Source: the human T2T-CHM13v2.0 reference genome, Homo sapiens. Taken from it: a stretch of DNA of 64,000 bases. The notes beneath the pieces are model-generated. The model searched no databases and was not told the origin of the DNA. It saw nothing but the letters and a program-made list of their open reading frames with translations. The position numbers and the translations under genes are program-made. Positions 1-16,342 of the stretch are shown piece by piece (position 1 is the stretch's first letter; every line of letters starts with the position of its first letter). Location of the stretch: assembly GCF_009914755.1 (NCBI RefSeq), contig NC_060927.1, one strand, 5' to 3'.

Positions 1-18
1 GGGCACTTTCAGGCTTAC

Positions 19-73
19 CTACTTCAATTTCATTAAAACTCTTTGAAACAATCTTCCAAAAACTGTTATTTCC
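19..73 (-). pseudogene. Putative exon, 55 nt (GNNSFWKIVSKSFNEIEV, phase 0-1)
   Basis: Acceptor tgtttgcttttaag, donor TAG|gtaagc, open frame. Confidence 0.5.
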
Positions 74-427
74 CTTAAAAGCAAACATAGGAAAGTTGAT
101 GAAATTCCTTGCAGACAGCAAAGTGGTACTGAGACTCAATATGAGAAGACTGAGTTATTAATTAGATGTTAAGAATCTCATTAATTATGGTTTTAAAGTC
201 TCCTTTATAGTCACATAAAAGATTCATGTCTAAACAAATTTCCAAATGGCCAGAATACTCTTTAAAAGGTGATAAGAAAATGAGTTAAGAACACTGAAAA
301 AGTGCATAATGCCCAGTAAGGCCCAACCTATGTTCACATTGTGAAATCGGAGCTGGCAACAGATGATGTGGTCAGTTTCCTGACAAGTGACAAGGTAAGG
401 CAGGCATTGCTTCAAAGAGCCAGGCCT

Positions 428-796
<369 letters not shown>

Positions 797-1516
797 TCAC
801 ATCCACAGCACCCGATACACTGGCTCTGCTAGGCTAGCCATGCACGGATGAGATGAAATAATGCTACACGGTGATGGTTCTGGTTAGCAAAGCTTTCCCT
901 GCTTGCATGGGCCTGATGATGAGGGTAATGATGTGTGTGGGTCTTTAGGTTGGTGTTTTGTTATGGCAGCCTGAGCTGACTAAGGTAGAGATGGATTTCT
1001 TATTAATAGAAATATAGAGGAGATAATTGAAACATGGTTGTGGGGAAGGGGTAGCTTTGTGGTAGGAACATCAGTGAAAATGTGTTTTTGTATTTGTAAT
1101 ACATGGAATCGCAAATCGTGCAAACAGATTAGGTGTTTTTTAGCTTTTCCAAAATGCTGAATAATGTTATTGAGCAGATAAACTGCTGAACAGATGTTAA
1201 GTAGCTGTTTGTGATGACCCTCTTAGCTCCCCTTTTAAGGTAAGAACATCAAATCAATGATGTAACACAAAAGAGGGAACAGGAAGGAAATTCTTTAAAA
1301 TTTCCAACTTACAAGCCTTTTGAAAAATATTAAAAAAGGAGAAATCTGCAGCCTTTATAGCCTATTAATGAGAAGTTCTCTTTATATACTTTCAGTACAA
1401 TGGCTTAAATTTTGTAAAATAGCAGTGTAATTCAGGTCTTATTTTGGGCTCTTTAAGACTGAAAAGTAGAAAAGGCATATTTTTCCTGGATCATAGAAAG
1501 AGATTAGATAATTTAC

Positions 1517-1643
1517 CTTATGGCTATATAAAGATCAATTGCCAATGTTTAGAGAAGCATCCAATTCATCAGTGTGGTATGAAGGCACTATCTTGAAAAG
1601 GTCTGAATTCTTGTGTAGGTAATGAGATGGTTATATGCAATAG
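1517..1643 (-). pseudogene. Putative exon, 127 nt (YCI*PSHYLHKNSDLFKIVPSYHTDELDASLNIGN*SLYSHK, phase 2-0)
   Basis: Pyrimidine tract ending in atypical gag acceptor; donor AAG|gtaaat; phase fits both neighbours. Confidence 0.4.
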
Positions 1644-2587
1644 CTCAATAAGTGAAATAGAGAAAACATTGTGCTTGCTAAAATTTTCTTATTGATTTGA
1701 AATGAGAAATTCACTGCAATGTTGAATTAGATATTAGGAAGGCATAAAGAAAAGGTTCTTTAAAGAGACACTATCCTAATAAGTGCTTGAAATTGCAAAG
1801 TGTAGCATTATAGTATGTTTTAGAATAACAGAAATAAAATCATTAGCTAAAATTTGCTTGTTTTTGCAAATGAGATTTACTATGAACGTTTCCAAAATCC
1901 CCTAACACTTGCACTATTTGCCATGTAAGCCTTATATACTTCTAGAATTCTCTAATATTTGTACATTGGACAAATATAAAAGACTCATATACCTACATTC
2001 AATTGGGTGCTTCTAATAAAATCCAATATTGGCAAGATTCGCTTCCCCATTGTCTCCATTTGCCTCACTGTATCTTCTCTGGTCAGACCGAAAGGTGTTT
2101 TATGCTCTAAAAATTGTAACAATAAACTTTTATACTATTTTCTCCAGACTTCCATTTCAAAATATTTTCTTTAGCAAGCTATAAACGAATATCTCAATAT
2201 TAATAGATACAAAATCTTTAGTATAGAAACTAGTCCCATCCCTAGACCATATGTATAACAAAGAAAGATCTATGGGGAGAAAGGCAGAGGAGATGCTGCC
2301 CTTTCGACACTATCATTTATTTATTTTGTTGTGTTTCTTGATTGAGAGATCTAAGAGACAGCCTATAACAATTCACCTATCTCTTCAGACTCTGTTTTTC
2401 CTGAGTTGTGAAAAAATGCGTCATAAATGTGTCTGATTCTTGTCTTGTTCCTCCTAGGTATTATTCAAGTGTGCAGATCCATTGACTTTGAATGTAGCTC
2501 AAAGTTCAGATAAGCCTCAGAGGATACAGTGCCAGACAAAACACAAATACTTAATTATGTGGTTAGAGCTGCAGGAATAAATTTAAC

Positions 2588-2719
2588 CTGGTCATGAATT
2601 CAGCCCATAAGTTTGAGATTTCAACTCCATGTGAATATTTTCTTGAGTTTTGAAAGTTTCGACTCGGATTACTGAACACCATTTAACTGTAATACTCTCC
2701 AGGAGATCTAAACTCTTGG
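2588..2719 (-). pseudogene. Putative exon, 132 nt (QEFRSPGEYYS*MVFSNPSRNFQNSRKYSHGVEISNLWAEFMT, phase 2-2)
   Basis: Acceptor cttttcttatgtaattag, weak donor CAG|gttaaa, one stop. Confidence 0.4.
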
Positions 2720-3597
2720 CTAATTACATAAGAAAAGCGGGGAAGAGACATTAATACAACAACAGAGAATACAAGTAATTTAAGATTGTCATTGGCTATA
2801 TTTTTGATTTCATATAGTAGTTTTATTGCATAATTTTCTTCTACCTCTGCTAATTGATAGTGATGAAAACTAGTATTCTTTAAGCACTGTATGATCAGGC
2901 ATTGATGACTGCGGTGGGTGGGGTAAGATGATTAGATGATTAGAGTGAGGGGGGTGGGCATTCCAGGATTGTGTGTGTTCTTGGGGAAAGATTTCCTGGA
3001 ACCAGAATTCCAGGTATTGTTAACTAACCCACAAAGAAGATTAGAAGGAGTTAATTTTAACTCAAACATTTTTTGGGGCCCAAAACTCATCACAGGCTAC
3101 TATATGCTAGACCTTGTAGGTTCAGATGATTTACCTGTGAATATCGGCAGCTTCCTGCTTGATATTTTTTCCAAAAATTTTCCATCATCTTTGTTTTTGA
3201 ACCCAAGAGTCAAGAGATATTGTTGGGGAGGAAAAGATGACCAGTCAACTGTCTGAGGCAACATGTGGAGTGCTTGAAGATCTGAAATATGACAGAAAGA
3301 GAACTAAGAGGCTTTGTTATGGTTTTAATATTTTTAGGGTTTTCCCCCCCAGATTTCAGGAATTGTACTTGGAAAAAATAATAACTATAAATGTGAAAGG
3401 TATGAAGTAATATTATGTGTATCAAAAGGTCAAATAGATAACATATCAAAATCATATTTCATTACACTTTTCTTAGTAATCTAAGCATACACAAAGCATA
3501 ACAATAAAATATGGCTAGATCACATGGTCATCTTTCCTCGTCTTCAGAATAATAGACATTCAGGACCAGCTTGCAGGCTTATTATTTTTTGCTTTGA

Positions 3598-3914
<317 letters not shown>

Positions 3915-4154
3915 GAGAATTTGATTTTTCTCTTCCTAGCTTAAGATGTAAGGAAATAATGTTAGTTATAAAAAAAAAAGGAAAAAAATTACAAGTGAGA
4001 ATTAAAATATAAAGCTAATTAATTTAGTTACCATCCTTCATCTAGCCATAGGAGGAAATTTAAAATGATAAATGTACTGACTATTGTAATTAGACTTGGA
4101 AATAATTCGTGTCATGAAAATGGTTCTAAAACAGACTCAATTCTTAATGACTGT

Positions 4155-4400
4155 AAGAGCTAATATTTACTGAGTACTTATTTTCTATCTGCCCCTGTTC
4201 TAAGAGTTTTGTGTGCACTGTTCTTTGAATTCCACATAATAACTTCACAAGGTTGGTGCTATTGTCCTCACTTTATGGATAAGAGGTTGAGGGACACAGA
4301 TGGGAAGTAACTTGCCCAACAGCACAGCTCCAAAGCAGGCAAAGCCAGATTCACAACCAGGTAGTCTGACTCCAGACACCACAGGCACAGCCACTGCACC
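4155..4400 (-). mobile_element. MIR
   Basis: Reverse MIR core: aagtaacttgccc...cacagct...tctgactccaga. Confidence 0.8.
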
Positions 4401-4447
4401 CTTCTTCAAGATCGCTTGGCACTAAGTTACTTTTGGGGTAGGGATAG

Positions 4448-4562
4448 AGGCCCACCTTACAGATGATAAGACTGGTGCTTGAAGAGGTTACAAACATACC
4501 CAAGATCACGAATTGAGCAAACAGAGGGACCAGAATTGAAAGCCCAAGTACAAAGGCTAACC
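4448..4562 (-). mobile_element. MIR fragment (local duplicate of 5384-5509)
   Basis: ttacagatga...cccaagatcac core. Confidence 0.7.
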
Positions 4563-4851
4563 TCTTGGGGACCTGGAGGCAAGATTCACTTAATTCATTT
4601 CCATTTTGAGTAACAAGGCTTTGGTTTATTAAAATAGATTTCTCAAACGAAGGATGATGAACAGAGAGGTAAGCCCTCTTCGTTTAACACTGCCAGAAAG
4701 GGGGAAAGGCAAAATCCCAAATATCATTGAATGATGGTTTAGTTAAAGGTAAAATATTAACGTAGACTCAGAACTCAAATGGTAATTGTTCAAATATAGC
4801 CTTCACTATTTGTCTGTAATACTTCTTTTAAAAATAAAATAGTACACCACG

Positions 4852-5087
4852 AGTGTTTTTTTTAACACCATTCCCCTTTTTAAGCCTCAGAACCTTTTGT
4901 CCAAACTAAAATTTTCTGACAAGCCCAATATTAAAAGCCAATAAAAAGTAGGGATGTTCTGTTTGAATCCTGGCACACTGATTACCCATCCTCACTACTG
5001 AACTCTGTTCTATACCCTACTCACAGATGCCACCTCGAGCTTCTCCACAGAACCTCAGTTTTTCAAAACACTGTTTGGAAAACACTG
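4852..5087 (+). mobile_element. hAT MER103-like element
   Basis: agaacc...aagcccaatat internal motif; terminal acactgtttggaaaacactg. Confidence 0.6.
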
Positions 5088-5294
5088 CAGTAAGTTATTT
5101 GTCACAGTTTGGTTAAGTAAACAGTGTATGTCTGTCAAATTGAGAGTTAAAATATATGCTGATTATTGAAATAATTAAAATATCACAAAATGCCTTTTAA
5201 ACCCAAACACAGAGCAAAAACATCTTAATCCCAAACATATGTTAGTTTTTCTTTGGTGACTTAGGATCAAGGTCACCCCTTACTGTTAGTGAGG

Positions 5295-5510
5295 GCTAAT
5301 ATTCATCTGGCGCTTCTTCTGTGCCACACACATTATCAGGGTTATCTTTTTCAATCATGGAGTGGGAAGCAGGGCATATTATCAGGCCCACCTTACAGAT
5401 GATAAAGCTGGAGCTTCCAGAGGTTCCAAAGTTGCCCAAGATCACACACTGAGCATAGGGACCAGAATTGAAAATCAGGCAGCTGGATGCCAAAGTACAA
5501 AGGCTTACCA
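5295..5510 (-). mobile_element. MIR
   Basis: Reverse MIR core gttgcccaagatcacac. Confidence 0.75.
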
Positions 5511-5696
5511 CTCAAAACTATCCTTGTGACAGTCTAGGGTCATGGTTATAAAAATCGACGGGAAACATGCCATAGGAATGCCAGTAAACACTCTCTATCT
5601 AGAAAAGTATACTAAATGCTGAAGAGTTCCCAAACTAACAGAGTGACTTTTAGGCATCTTAACATACAGATTGCAAGTATTAGATGCTTCTTCTTC

Positions 5697-5997
<301 letters not shown>

Positions 5998-6740
5998 TTA
6001 GATGCTTCTTTAGTTGGTGGTTGTGTTACAAAATGCCTCTTTTTAAAAGGATGGCTCATTTTTATAAACAAGGTAAAAATGTGATTTCTACTTTTCAGTT
6101 TCAAAAGTGCAGGAAGTTTCTTTGCTTTTGAAATCTGCAGCTGATCATCACAGACACGCCTCTCTTTGCAAGCGAATACTATTTTGCTGAAATATTAGCA
6201 AGGGGAGAGCTTACTAGTTTTACTGAAGTTGCCAATAACTGGATTGTATGAAAAGGCAGCTGAGTAACCTCGAGATTTGGCATTTTCTGGTGCAGCACTA
6301 TTGCCAAAACCAGCCTGATGTTTGAGGACCCCCTTATGTAGATAGATAGCATAAAGACTTTGAATGGTTTACCTCTTCTTGTCCTTAAATATTTGATAGA
6401 TAGATAGGAGAGCAATACTATTATTGGCAGTGATTAGATGGAATAGAAACGAGTATCAGTACTATACTATGGCTAATTTATTATAAAACATGCTTGCAAA
6501 AATGTAAATATTCTCTGTTCCTTCTGATCCTATATGCTTCATCCTGTGAGTATTTGACCCATTATTAACTTCCAGTTGAAGTTTTAAAATGTAGGAGGCT
6601 CCTATATACATATGGTTAAATTTAGAAAAAAATTTTTTTTCAAGTATCATTCTTTTTCCATTTGTATGCAGGGTAAATTGCTGTTGTATGAACATTTAGC
6701 CTAACAGGTGGTCTATGACCCAAAATGACAACACACTTAC

Positions 6741-6873
6741 CAGATGTTGAATCTCATGTAACATTAATTTGAGTGCTAATTGTTCTCGATTTTGTGCTCA
6801 TAAACCTCTACCTGTGTCCGAAAAGCTCTGTGCCTCTGATGGATATAAAAGTTAACCAGATTATATTACCCTT
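6741..6873 (-). pseudogene. Putative exon, 133 nt (G*YNLVNFYIHQRHRAFRTQVEVYEHKIENN*HSN*CYMRFNI, phase 1-2)
   Basis: Strong acceptor ttctactttcctacag and donor CTG|gtaagt; stops in all frames. Confidence 0.5.
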
Positions 6874-7269
6874 CTGTAGGAAAGTAGAATTGATTAAAAA
6901 ATGTCTTCTTTGCTCCTGTCATGTCAAAAGAAACTTGGGAGAAACACATCTTTTAATGCATTCCTTTACAATTTATCCCAATTGGAGATGAAATTTATAT
7001 GACTATGACTGAATTTATTATTAAAAAAAAATCAGTTTGCATGTGTGAACAGCTCCAAATTTTTACCATTAGCAAAGTGGATGCTTTAGAAAATAATATC
7101 AAAGATAGATTATGCAGATTAAATTTCTCACAGAAACATAATCTTTCAATTTCTTTTCCCCTAGAGAAAAGATGTCAAACTTTCACTGAAAGAGGTAAAC
7201 AGTTTTCCCTTCTTCAGAAATATTTTATTGTACTCCGGAAGGCTGAAACTGACCACCTTGCAAGTCCTC

Positions 7270-8963
<1,694 letters not shown>

Positions 8964-9016
8964 TAGGGGCATGTCTTAACACCCTGACAACTCTTAATCC
9001 TCTTCAAGATCCCATC

Positions 9017-9335
9017 TTTTTTGTTTAATTTTTGGTTTTCATTTTTGAAATAGGGTCTTACTCTGTCACTTATGCTGGAGTGCAGTAATGCAATCATAGC
9101 TCACTGTAACCTTGAACTTCAGGGCTCAGGCAATCCTCCTGCCTCAGACTCCAGAGAAGTTGAGACTAAAGGTACATGCCCCCATGCCCAGTTAATATAT
9201 TTTTGTTTAATTTTTAGTAGAGATGGGGTCTTGCTATGTTGCTCAAAGTGGTCTTGAGCTCCTGGCCTCAAGCGATGCCCCTGCCTTGGCCTCCCAAATC
9301 ACTGGGATTACAGGTGTGAGCCACTGTGCCTGGCC
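9017..9335 (-). mobile_element. AluJ
   Basis: J-type atcatagctcactg, ctcctggcctcaagcgat; TSD catcttt. Confidence 0.9.
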
Positions 9336-9539
9336 ACATCTTTAAATTATCTTCATGCCTCAAGCACCTAGCAGATGCTCAATCAACATTTGAATTTAAT
9401 CTGAAAACATACATTCCCAAATCTTGAATTTTTAATGGTCCAAATAAGAATAGAACTGCAAAAAATCAAAACTAATAAAATATCTAGAGCTTCTGAGATA
9501 TGATTTATTTTCTGTTACTAAACTTAGAAAAAAAATCAC

Positions 9540-9670
9540 CTTATCTTTGTTCTTCATTTTGCCTAAACCCCAAATGGGTTCTGTTCACCTTATGAAGGGT
9601 GAGTGAAGTAAAATAATTTGTACTGTGTGACTCAGTAGAGTAGATGCTCAAATGAACAGAGCAGCTTTGC
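9540..9670 (-). pseudogene. Putative exon, 131 nt (QSCSVHLSIYSTESHSTNYFTSLTLHKVNRTHLGFRQNEEQR*, phase 2-1)
   Basis: Acceptor tttttccatccag, donor AAG|gtgatt. Confidence 0.4.
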
Positions 9671-9969
9671 CTGGATGGAAAAATTAGTTTTATAGTTGGC
9701 TTGCTGCAGCTTTTTCTCTGGGAAATATGAACTCAGTCACAAAAGATTGGATTAATGGGGAGAGTTTGGCTTAGTGCAACCAATGGCAGCATCAGAAAAA
9801 CATCTGCAAAAACATGAAATATAGACTGTAGATGAACAGACTCATCTATATATGTGAGGGATAGCTGTATTTGCTATGTAGTTAAATATCCATAAAATAA
9901 ATTTTAAGCTCTATGGAAATAAAGCACTAAGCATAGACACTATTGTTATCTGTATTTTCTGTTGGACAC

Positions 9970-10020
9970 CTCATCATAACCACAGCCAACAGATCATGAA
10001 GGAACATTGCAAAGCAGTTT
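9970..10020 (-). pseudogene. Putative exon, 51 nt (NCFAMFLHDLLAVVMM, phase 2-2)
   Basis: Strong acceptor tttttctttttaag, weak donor GAG|gtgtcc; only the phase-2 frame is open. Confidence 0.3.
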
Positions 10021-11029
10021 CTTAAAAAGAAAAATCATAGAGATTTAAAAACTTTTTTAGAAAGATGCAGATTTGTTGGGGTCTATCATTACTTTTCTAT
10101 AAGTTTCATTTTCTCCTCTCTTTTCTGGTGTCTGTGTCATTTCCCTGAACTTTGTCCATAACAAAATGTTCTGACATTTAGGTTAAAGCAAAATCTCATT
10201 TTTAAGGTCCTGATTGTTTAGTGTGAGATAGGACCATGTAAGTTTTATATGACTCCTTTTTACTGATCAGTTTCAGACTTTCGTTTCTACAGTACCTTCG
10301 TAATGCCAACACTTTGTCATTACTTCTTTCTCAATCATGTTCTGAGTTTTATTTTGTACTCTTTTTAATGCTAATACTTCTATCTTGGAAGTTATCCACA
10401 AATTCACATCAGCAAGAAAATAGCAAAAGGTGGCAACTTTGAAGCAAAGTTGTTATTATTATTGCCCCCCCATAAATAATAAAATGGTCTCTACTTTTAA
10501 AAACAGATAGTATATTTTGATTTTTATATTTGATATCTGAGAAAGTCATATGTATACTATATAGATAATAAATTGTACAATAAATTATATTTCCCTTTGA
10601 CCTTCATTATAATTTCAGAGTTATAGACAGAAATAGAAAAAAAATTGGTTTTCATTCCCGAGATTCCTAATTTTCACTTCAGGCTGGTGGTCTACTTCTC
10701 CAAGATCAATTTTTGTATATTTAAGTTTTCTCTTGCAACCCACATAAAAACTTAGAAAGACACATAGTCCCACAGGAATTTTATACACAGCTCATTTCTC
10801 TTTCATTTGAAATTCTTATTGATTCCAAAGTTTTATGTTTAATGAGCTGTATTGGATCTTTATTCTGGGCTTTATTACACTGAAGTTCCTTGATCCTACT
10901 TTTATCAAAGTAGACTAGAGACAATACAAACATTAAAGATATTAAATACAAACATTAAAGATTCCCTCTCAATGTTTATTAGACTCACATCATTGAAACT
11001 GATGTCTTCTTGCACTGTATGAGAGTTGG

Positions 11030-11595
11030 AATGATCACTGGTTAATTGGCTATCTGGCATGCATTTCTCTCCTCCTCCCCTTTTTATTCCTTGGTGAATT
11101 CTCTCAATCACCCCCTACTCTAAAAGTGAGACCCAATTGACCAAGTCAATCAATCCATGCCATTTCCCTCGGTCCCTGTTATTCATTCAATCATAAGCAT
11201 ATGATGCAGTTTGGGCCAATGCAAAAGAGTGGGATCCGGGAATTGTGTGGAAGGGGCACTCTTATTCCTTGGTAATAAGTGAGATTTGAGATCTGTAATG
11301 GCATTTGAGAATGTTGCTATTATATTCAAGAAGCTAGCACTTGAGGGCATGGCAGAGTTAGCGGAACACCAGGTAGAATTTGAGAATAAATTCTCAAGTT
11401 GACTGTGGAAACAGAGTGGTGAGAGATAGTAAGTGAGCTATTGGTTGGATCAAGCTATGCTTAAAAGCAGTCCCACCTGTGGATCTTCAAGTTATGTAAA
11501 TCAGTGTGTTCCAATGTGTTCTGCCCCTTTAAAACTGACTTCACTAAGTCAGTTTGAGCTGTGATTCCTACCACTTGAAACCAAAGATTCCTTAT
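11030..11595 (+). mobile_element. Ancient ERVL LTR (LTR16/LTR33-like)
   Basis: Terminal taagtcagtttgagct...cacttgaaaccaaaga motif. Confidence 0.55.
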
Positions 11596-12970
11596 ACAGG
11601 GATTTAGCTAGTAGTTCAATATATCTTACAAATAATATAGGATCCTTACTATAGATGAGATGTAAGACAGAGATGAAACTGTCATGTTGAATTTCTAGGA
11701 AGCACGTTTTTCTTATTTAAGAAAAATAACAGTTGGGGGATTTGGAATTATTACTTTTTACAGCTAGCACAAAGGTAGCAATATTGAATACATCCTGGTG
11801 ATGCCATTATTACAACATTATTACAATATTATCACTGGTAACAAGACTTACATTTATAAGTATAATAAAAATAATAAATGTTTAACATAATCTTTCTTGA
11901 CCTAAATTATAATTATTATTTTCCCACTTTGGATTAAATTCTACATCTCACAGAAAATGACTTGTGGGTAGTTAATTTAAACATCACACAATAAAAGTCA
12001 TGTGATCTCAAAGCCTTAATTTTCCTTTCTGTTCAGACTGGTAACCTATTCACTTGTTTATTTGTTTATATTTCCCTTTGTTCTGGAAGTGTAATGACTT
12101 GCCCTACATAAATTCATATGAGATAAGAAAAAGTGTAAAGTAGTGTGTTTGAAGAAAATAGATCAAAAGAAAAATTAAGAGATAGATGATGAAGCCATAA
12201 GTAAGATTAATATACAAAATGTATTTTATAAGGTCCTGTATATTTGCTAAAAGTAAAGAGGATCGAATATGTCATTCACAATGTTCTTAATTAAAAAACT
12301 TCTATCATCACAGAAAAGCACAGTGATTTCCTTTCCTGGAACAGAGACTTTCTTTCTTGCTTTTTGTTGAAATTGGTTTATAAGTACTATAACTTTTCAT
12401 GTAATAAGCTGAATTATTAATGATAATTTAAAAACAAAGAATTATGTACAAAATTATTATTACTCATGAATTATCATGATTCATAAGCAAATAATCTTAT
12501 CAGAAATTTCCTGTAGTTAACATATATACCAATTTTGAAAGTCAGCAAGGCTTTGACTTAGAATTTGAGATGAGATGCTTCTTTATATATGGAAATCTAA
12601 AAGAAGAGACACCTTGATATATAGATATTAGATATTGCTATCCACTCTTTACTATTAGTAGTTAGTTTGGTTGTGATGAAACAACTTTTAATCTGTTTTA
12701 TTCCTGTTAACCTCAGAAACAAAATAACTGTTTTTGACCACTATTATTATTATCTACGGCTTTGGAACTTTAGGACAAAGTAATAAGACCTGAAATAAAA
12801 ATGAGAGATATAAACATTGGAAGTAAAGAGACCACCGTATTATTACTTAATAATAGATGGTTGTAGAAAATCCAGGAGGATAAACTGAAAATCAGTTAGT
12901 ATAGACAAGAGTTCACTAAGGTATCAAAAAAGAAAATATATAAAACTCAATACAAACGTGTAAGATTTAA

Positions 12971-13147
12971 AGCTTGACATGGTGGTACGTGTCAATAGTC
13001 CTACCTACTTAGAAGGTTGAGGTGTGAGGATTGCTTGAGGCCAGGAGTTCAATGATGTAATGTGCTGTGAGCACACCTGCGAATAGCCACTCAAAAATAG
13101 CCATTGTTTGAGACCCCATCTCAAACAAACACACAAACAACAAACCA
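12971..13147 (+). mobile_element. FAM (fossil Alu monomer)
   Basis: Monomer with 7SL-type cctgcgaatagccact; TSD tgtaagatttaaa/tgtaagattaaaa. Confidence 0.8.
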
Positions 13148-14364
13148 TGTAAGATTAAAAAACCCAAAATATGTAGATATGATAAAATATGCAGTATATT
13201 GTAAACAATGGTTTGATCCATAATAGAAAAAACATAAAATATTAGAAATAAGCTTAGTAAGATATATAATTTTGATAAATAATTTGATTACCTAATTTAC
13301 TTGACAAATATTTTTAGGCTCTTCTTGCAAGAATTTACAAATATAAGTCAGACGTTAGAAGGAAAAGGTAAGATAATAGAGGGCATGGTGTTGTTTACTA
13401 TTTGGTGCCTGTAGTACATAAGTACACAGTCAATTATAATACAGCATGGTACATTATTAAATTAAGGTGAAATCGGGGTATCAGTAAAATGATAGAGATA
13501 AAAATTTGAATGATTGACAAAGGGAGAATAAACTTGTTTGACTTGTTTGGGGCCTAGACTAGAATTTTTTTTTCCTCTGGGAATTTTCACTATAGGCATG
13601 TGGGTTAAGGTTTGAGTTTATGCTACCTGGGTAGTTTAGGAACTCTCATGTCTAGGAATAAACTGCTCTGATTGGTAACATTCTATGGTATGGAAAAAGA
13701 AAAAGAAAATCCTCTGGGGAAGGATGCAAAATAACCCTAGACTGCACAGGATTCTCACAGATCAAGCCCCACTGAATAATGGCTTACATCTTACACATAA
13801 GAGTGGAAAAACACACAAAGATACAATTTTCAATGAGTGAGAGGTGGTGTGGTATCATAGAAAGATATTTGGTCTTTCTTCCTAGTTTCTGGCACAAAGC
13901 TCCTAAGACCTTTAGAATTACCTGAATTTGATAAGGATGATAGGAGTGTCTTTTGTTCTAATGAGGCAACATTTGGAAGGCCTATAATAGCTTCAGGATG
14001 GGGCTGGTCACTAGAAAAACCAACCAACCTCCAGGGAGGAAATAGGGAGTAAAGACTGAGTTAATCACTAATAGTCAATTATTTAATCAATCATGCCTAC
14101 ATAATGAAATCTCAATAAAAGCTTCTCAACAGCAGGGCTTGGAGAACTTCTGGGTTGGTGAACACATTGAAGTTATAGGAGGGTGATATTCTCAGAAAAG
14201 ATATGAAAGCTCTGTGTACCCTCCCTCTTCTGTCATGCATTTCTCTATACATGCTTCTCTTTCATTTGGCTGTTTCTAAGTTGTATCCTTTACTTGCTGT
14301 TACTGCATTCACTGTTTTTGTTGCTCTTATGGTATTTTGTTGCTATTATGTTGCTAAATGGTAA

Positions 14365-14787
<423 letters not shown>

Positions 14788-14971
14788 TAAAGTGGAGGGC
14801 AGTGCTATGGGACTGAGCCTTTAACCTACAGGGTTTCCAGGTAGTTAGTGTCAGAATTGAATTGCAATATCGAACACCTAGTTAGTGTCAGAAAGCTAGA
14901 GAAATAGTGATGTGGAAAACCCTACACATTTGACATCAGAATATTGTGAGAAAAAAAAATCACTTCAGAAC

Positions 14972-14989
14972 TGGTATCAGAGGTGGGAT
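14972..14989 (+). other. Primer binding site, tRNA-Leu type
   Basis: tggtatcagaggtgggat just after the LTR, compared with ERVL PBS tggtgtcagaagtgggat. Confidence 0.7.
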
Positions 14990-16342
14990 TTGCTAGAATG
15001 GCCCTGACTCACAGAAGCATGTGGTTTGGGGAGAGAAAGGATGAAATGGTGAGGGAGGAGGAACCTTTGATTGGTTATTCATGGTATGGAGCAGCAGCTG
15101 TGCTTCAGTTAGTTATTAAATGTAAAAGTTACCAATGGAATTTAGCGGTGAATCTGATTCCCAGCCTTTTGGTTTGCTGAATACATAGGGTAATACAAAC
15201 TAATAGAAAAAAATAAAATATACAATCCCTTGGCTATTATTATCTGTAAGAGCTAAAATGAAATTAAAAATGACTTCCAGGTTAAACTTCAATGCTGAAC
15301 CAAGCACAGATTTCAGTTGAGCTGAACTTCAGTCACTAGCACCCAAACTCTCTCAAGGGAGGAAATTATGCAGGAACAACTGAGAGTACCTTTAAGATCT
15401 CTGATTACTAAGAAGGTGGTCCACATTGAGGGGTGGGCAAAACCGAGAAACTACTAAAACTAGGGGGTAGAGTGTAAATATATATACCCAGGGGGTATAT
15501 TTTATTTTGTAGATCAGTGTCATCAGCTTCCTTTACTAAAATGCATTGTAAGAATGACTAACTTAAAAAAAAGTAACTGTTTTTCAATTTTGTAGAGTAG
15601 GAAGGCATGTTTGGGTGGATATAGGATCCACTGCTCACTATGGAACCATTGCAGACGGGTATACATCATCCAGACAGACAGCAAGTTATTCCTGAAAGAA
15701 CAGCCAGCCTGGTGAACTAAATAAAAGTGACTATAAGATCTGTTTATCCTGAGAAGGGGGGTAAACAGATCCCCCTATAAATGACAAGTGGGAAATCTCA
15801 GATGAAGCAGCTGATATGTTTCATATGCAAGCCACGTAAGATTGGCTTCATAATAAGCAGGATATTTATCCACTAAATATGCCCATTACCCAGGTTATGG
15901 TAAATTGGTGCCCCATGTAACTTAACTGTTGCAAAATGGAGCAACAGTTCTTATGAAATTTGCTTTCTCAGCTTCCCTTCATGGGTCTTACAGATGCTAT
16001 AAAAACATTAGATTATTTAACAAGAGAATGAGGAGAGGTAAAAGGGAGAGGCGAAGGACTTGTCCCCGTGATTTGGAAATTGTTAAGTGGTTATTAAGAA
16101 ATGGGGTGAATACAGCAAACATTGATAGGAGCAAACAATAGGGAAGAAGGAGAGAGTCAAAGGACTCACCTCTGCAGGTGGAAAGCTTTAGATGGTTATT
16201 AAGAAATGGGATAAATAGATGGACATTGACGAGGATGAAACAAAAGTCTTAATACAGCACTATACAAGGTTGGGTGGACCAAAGGGATCCTCTGCCAGTC
16301 CCTCAATAATAAAGCGCCTCTAACAAGTTCTATTTACCCCAA

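Noticed and set aside
15482-15500. Short hairpin atataccccagggggtatat
   Set aside because: Too short to distinguish from chance within ERV DNA.
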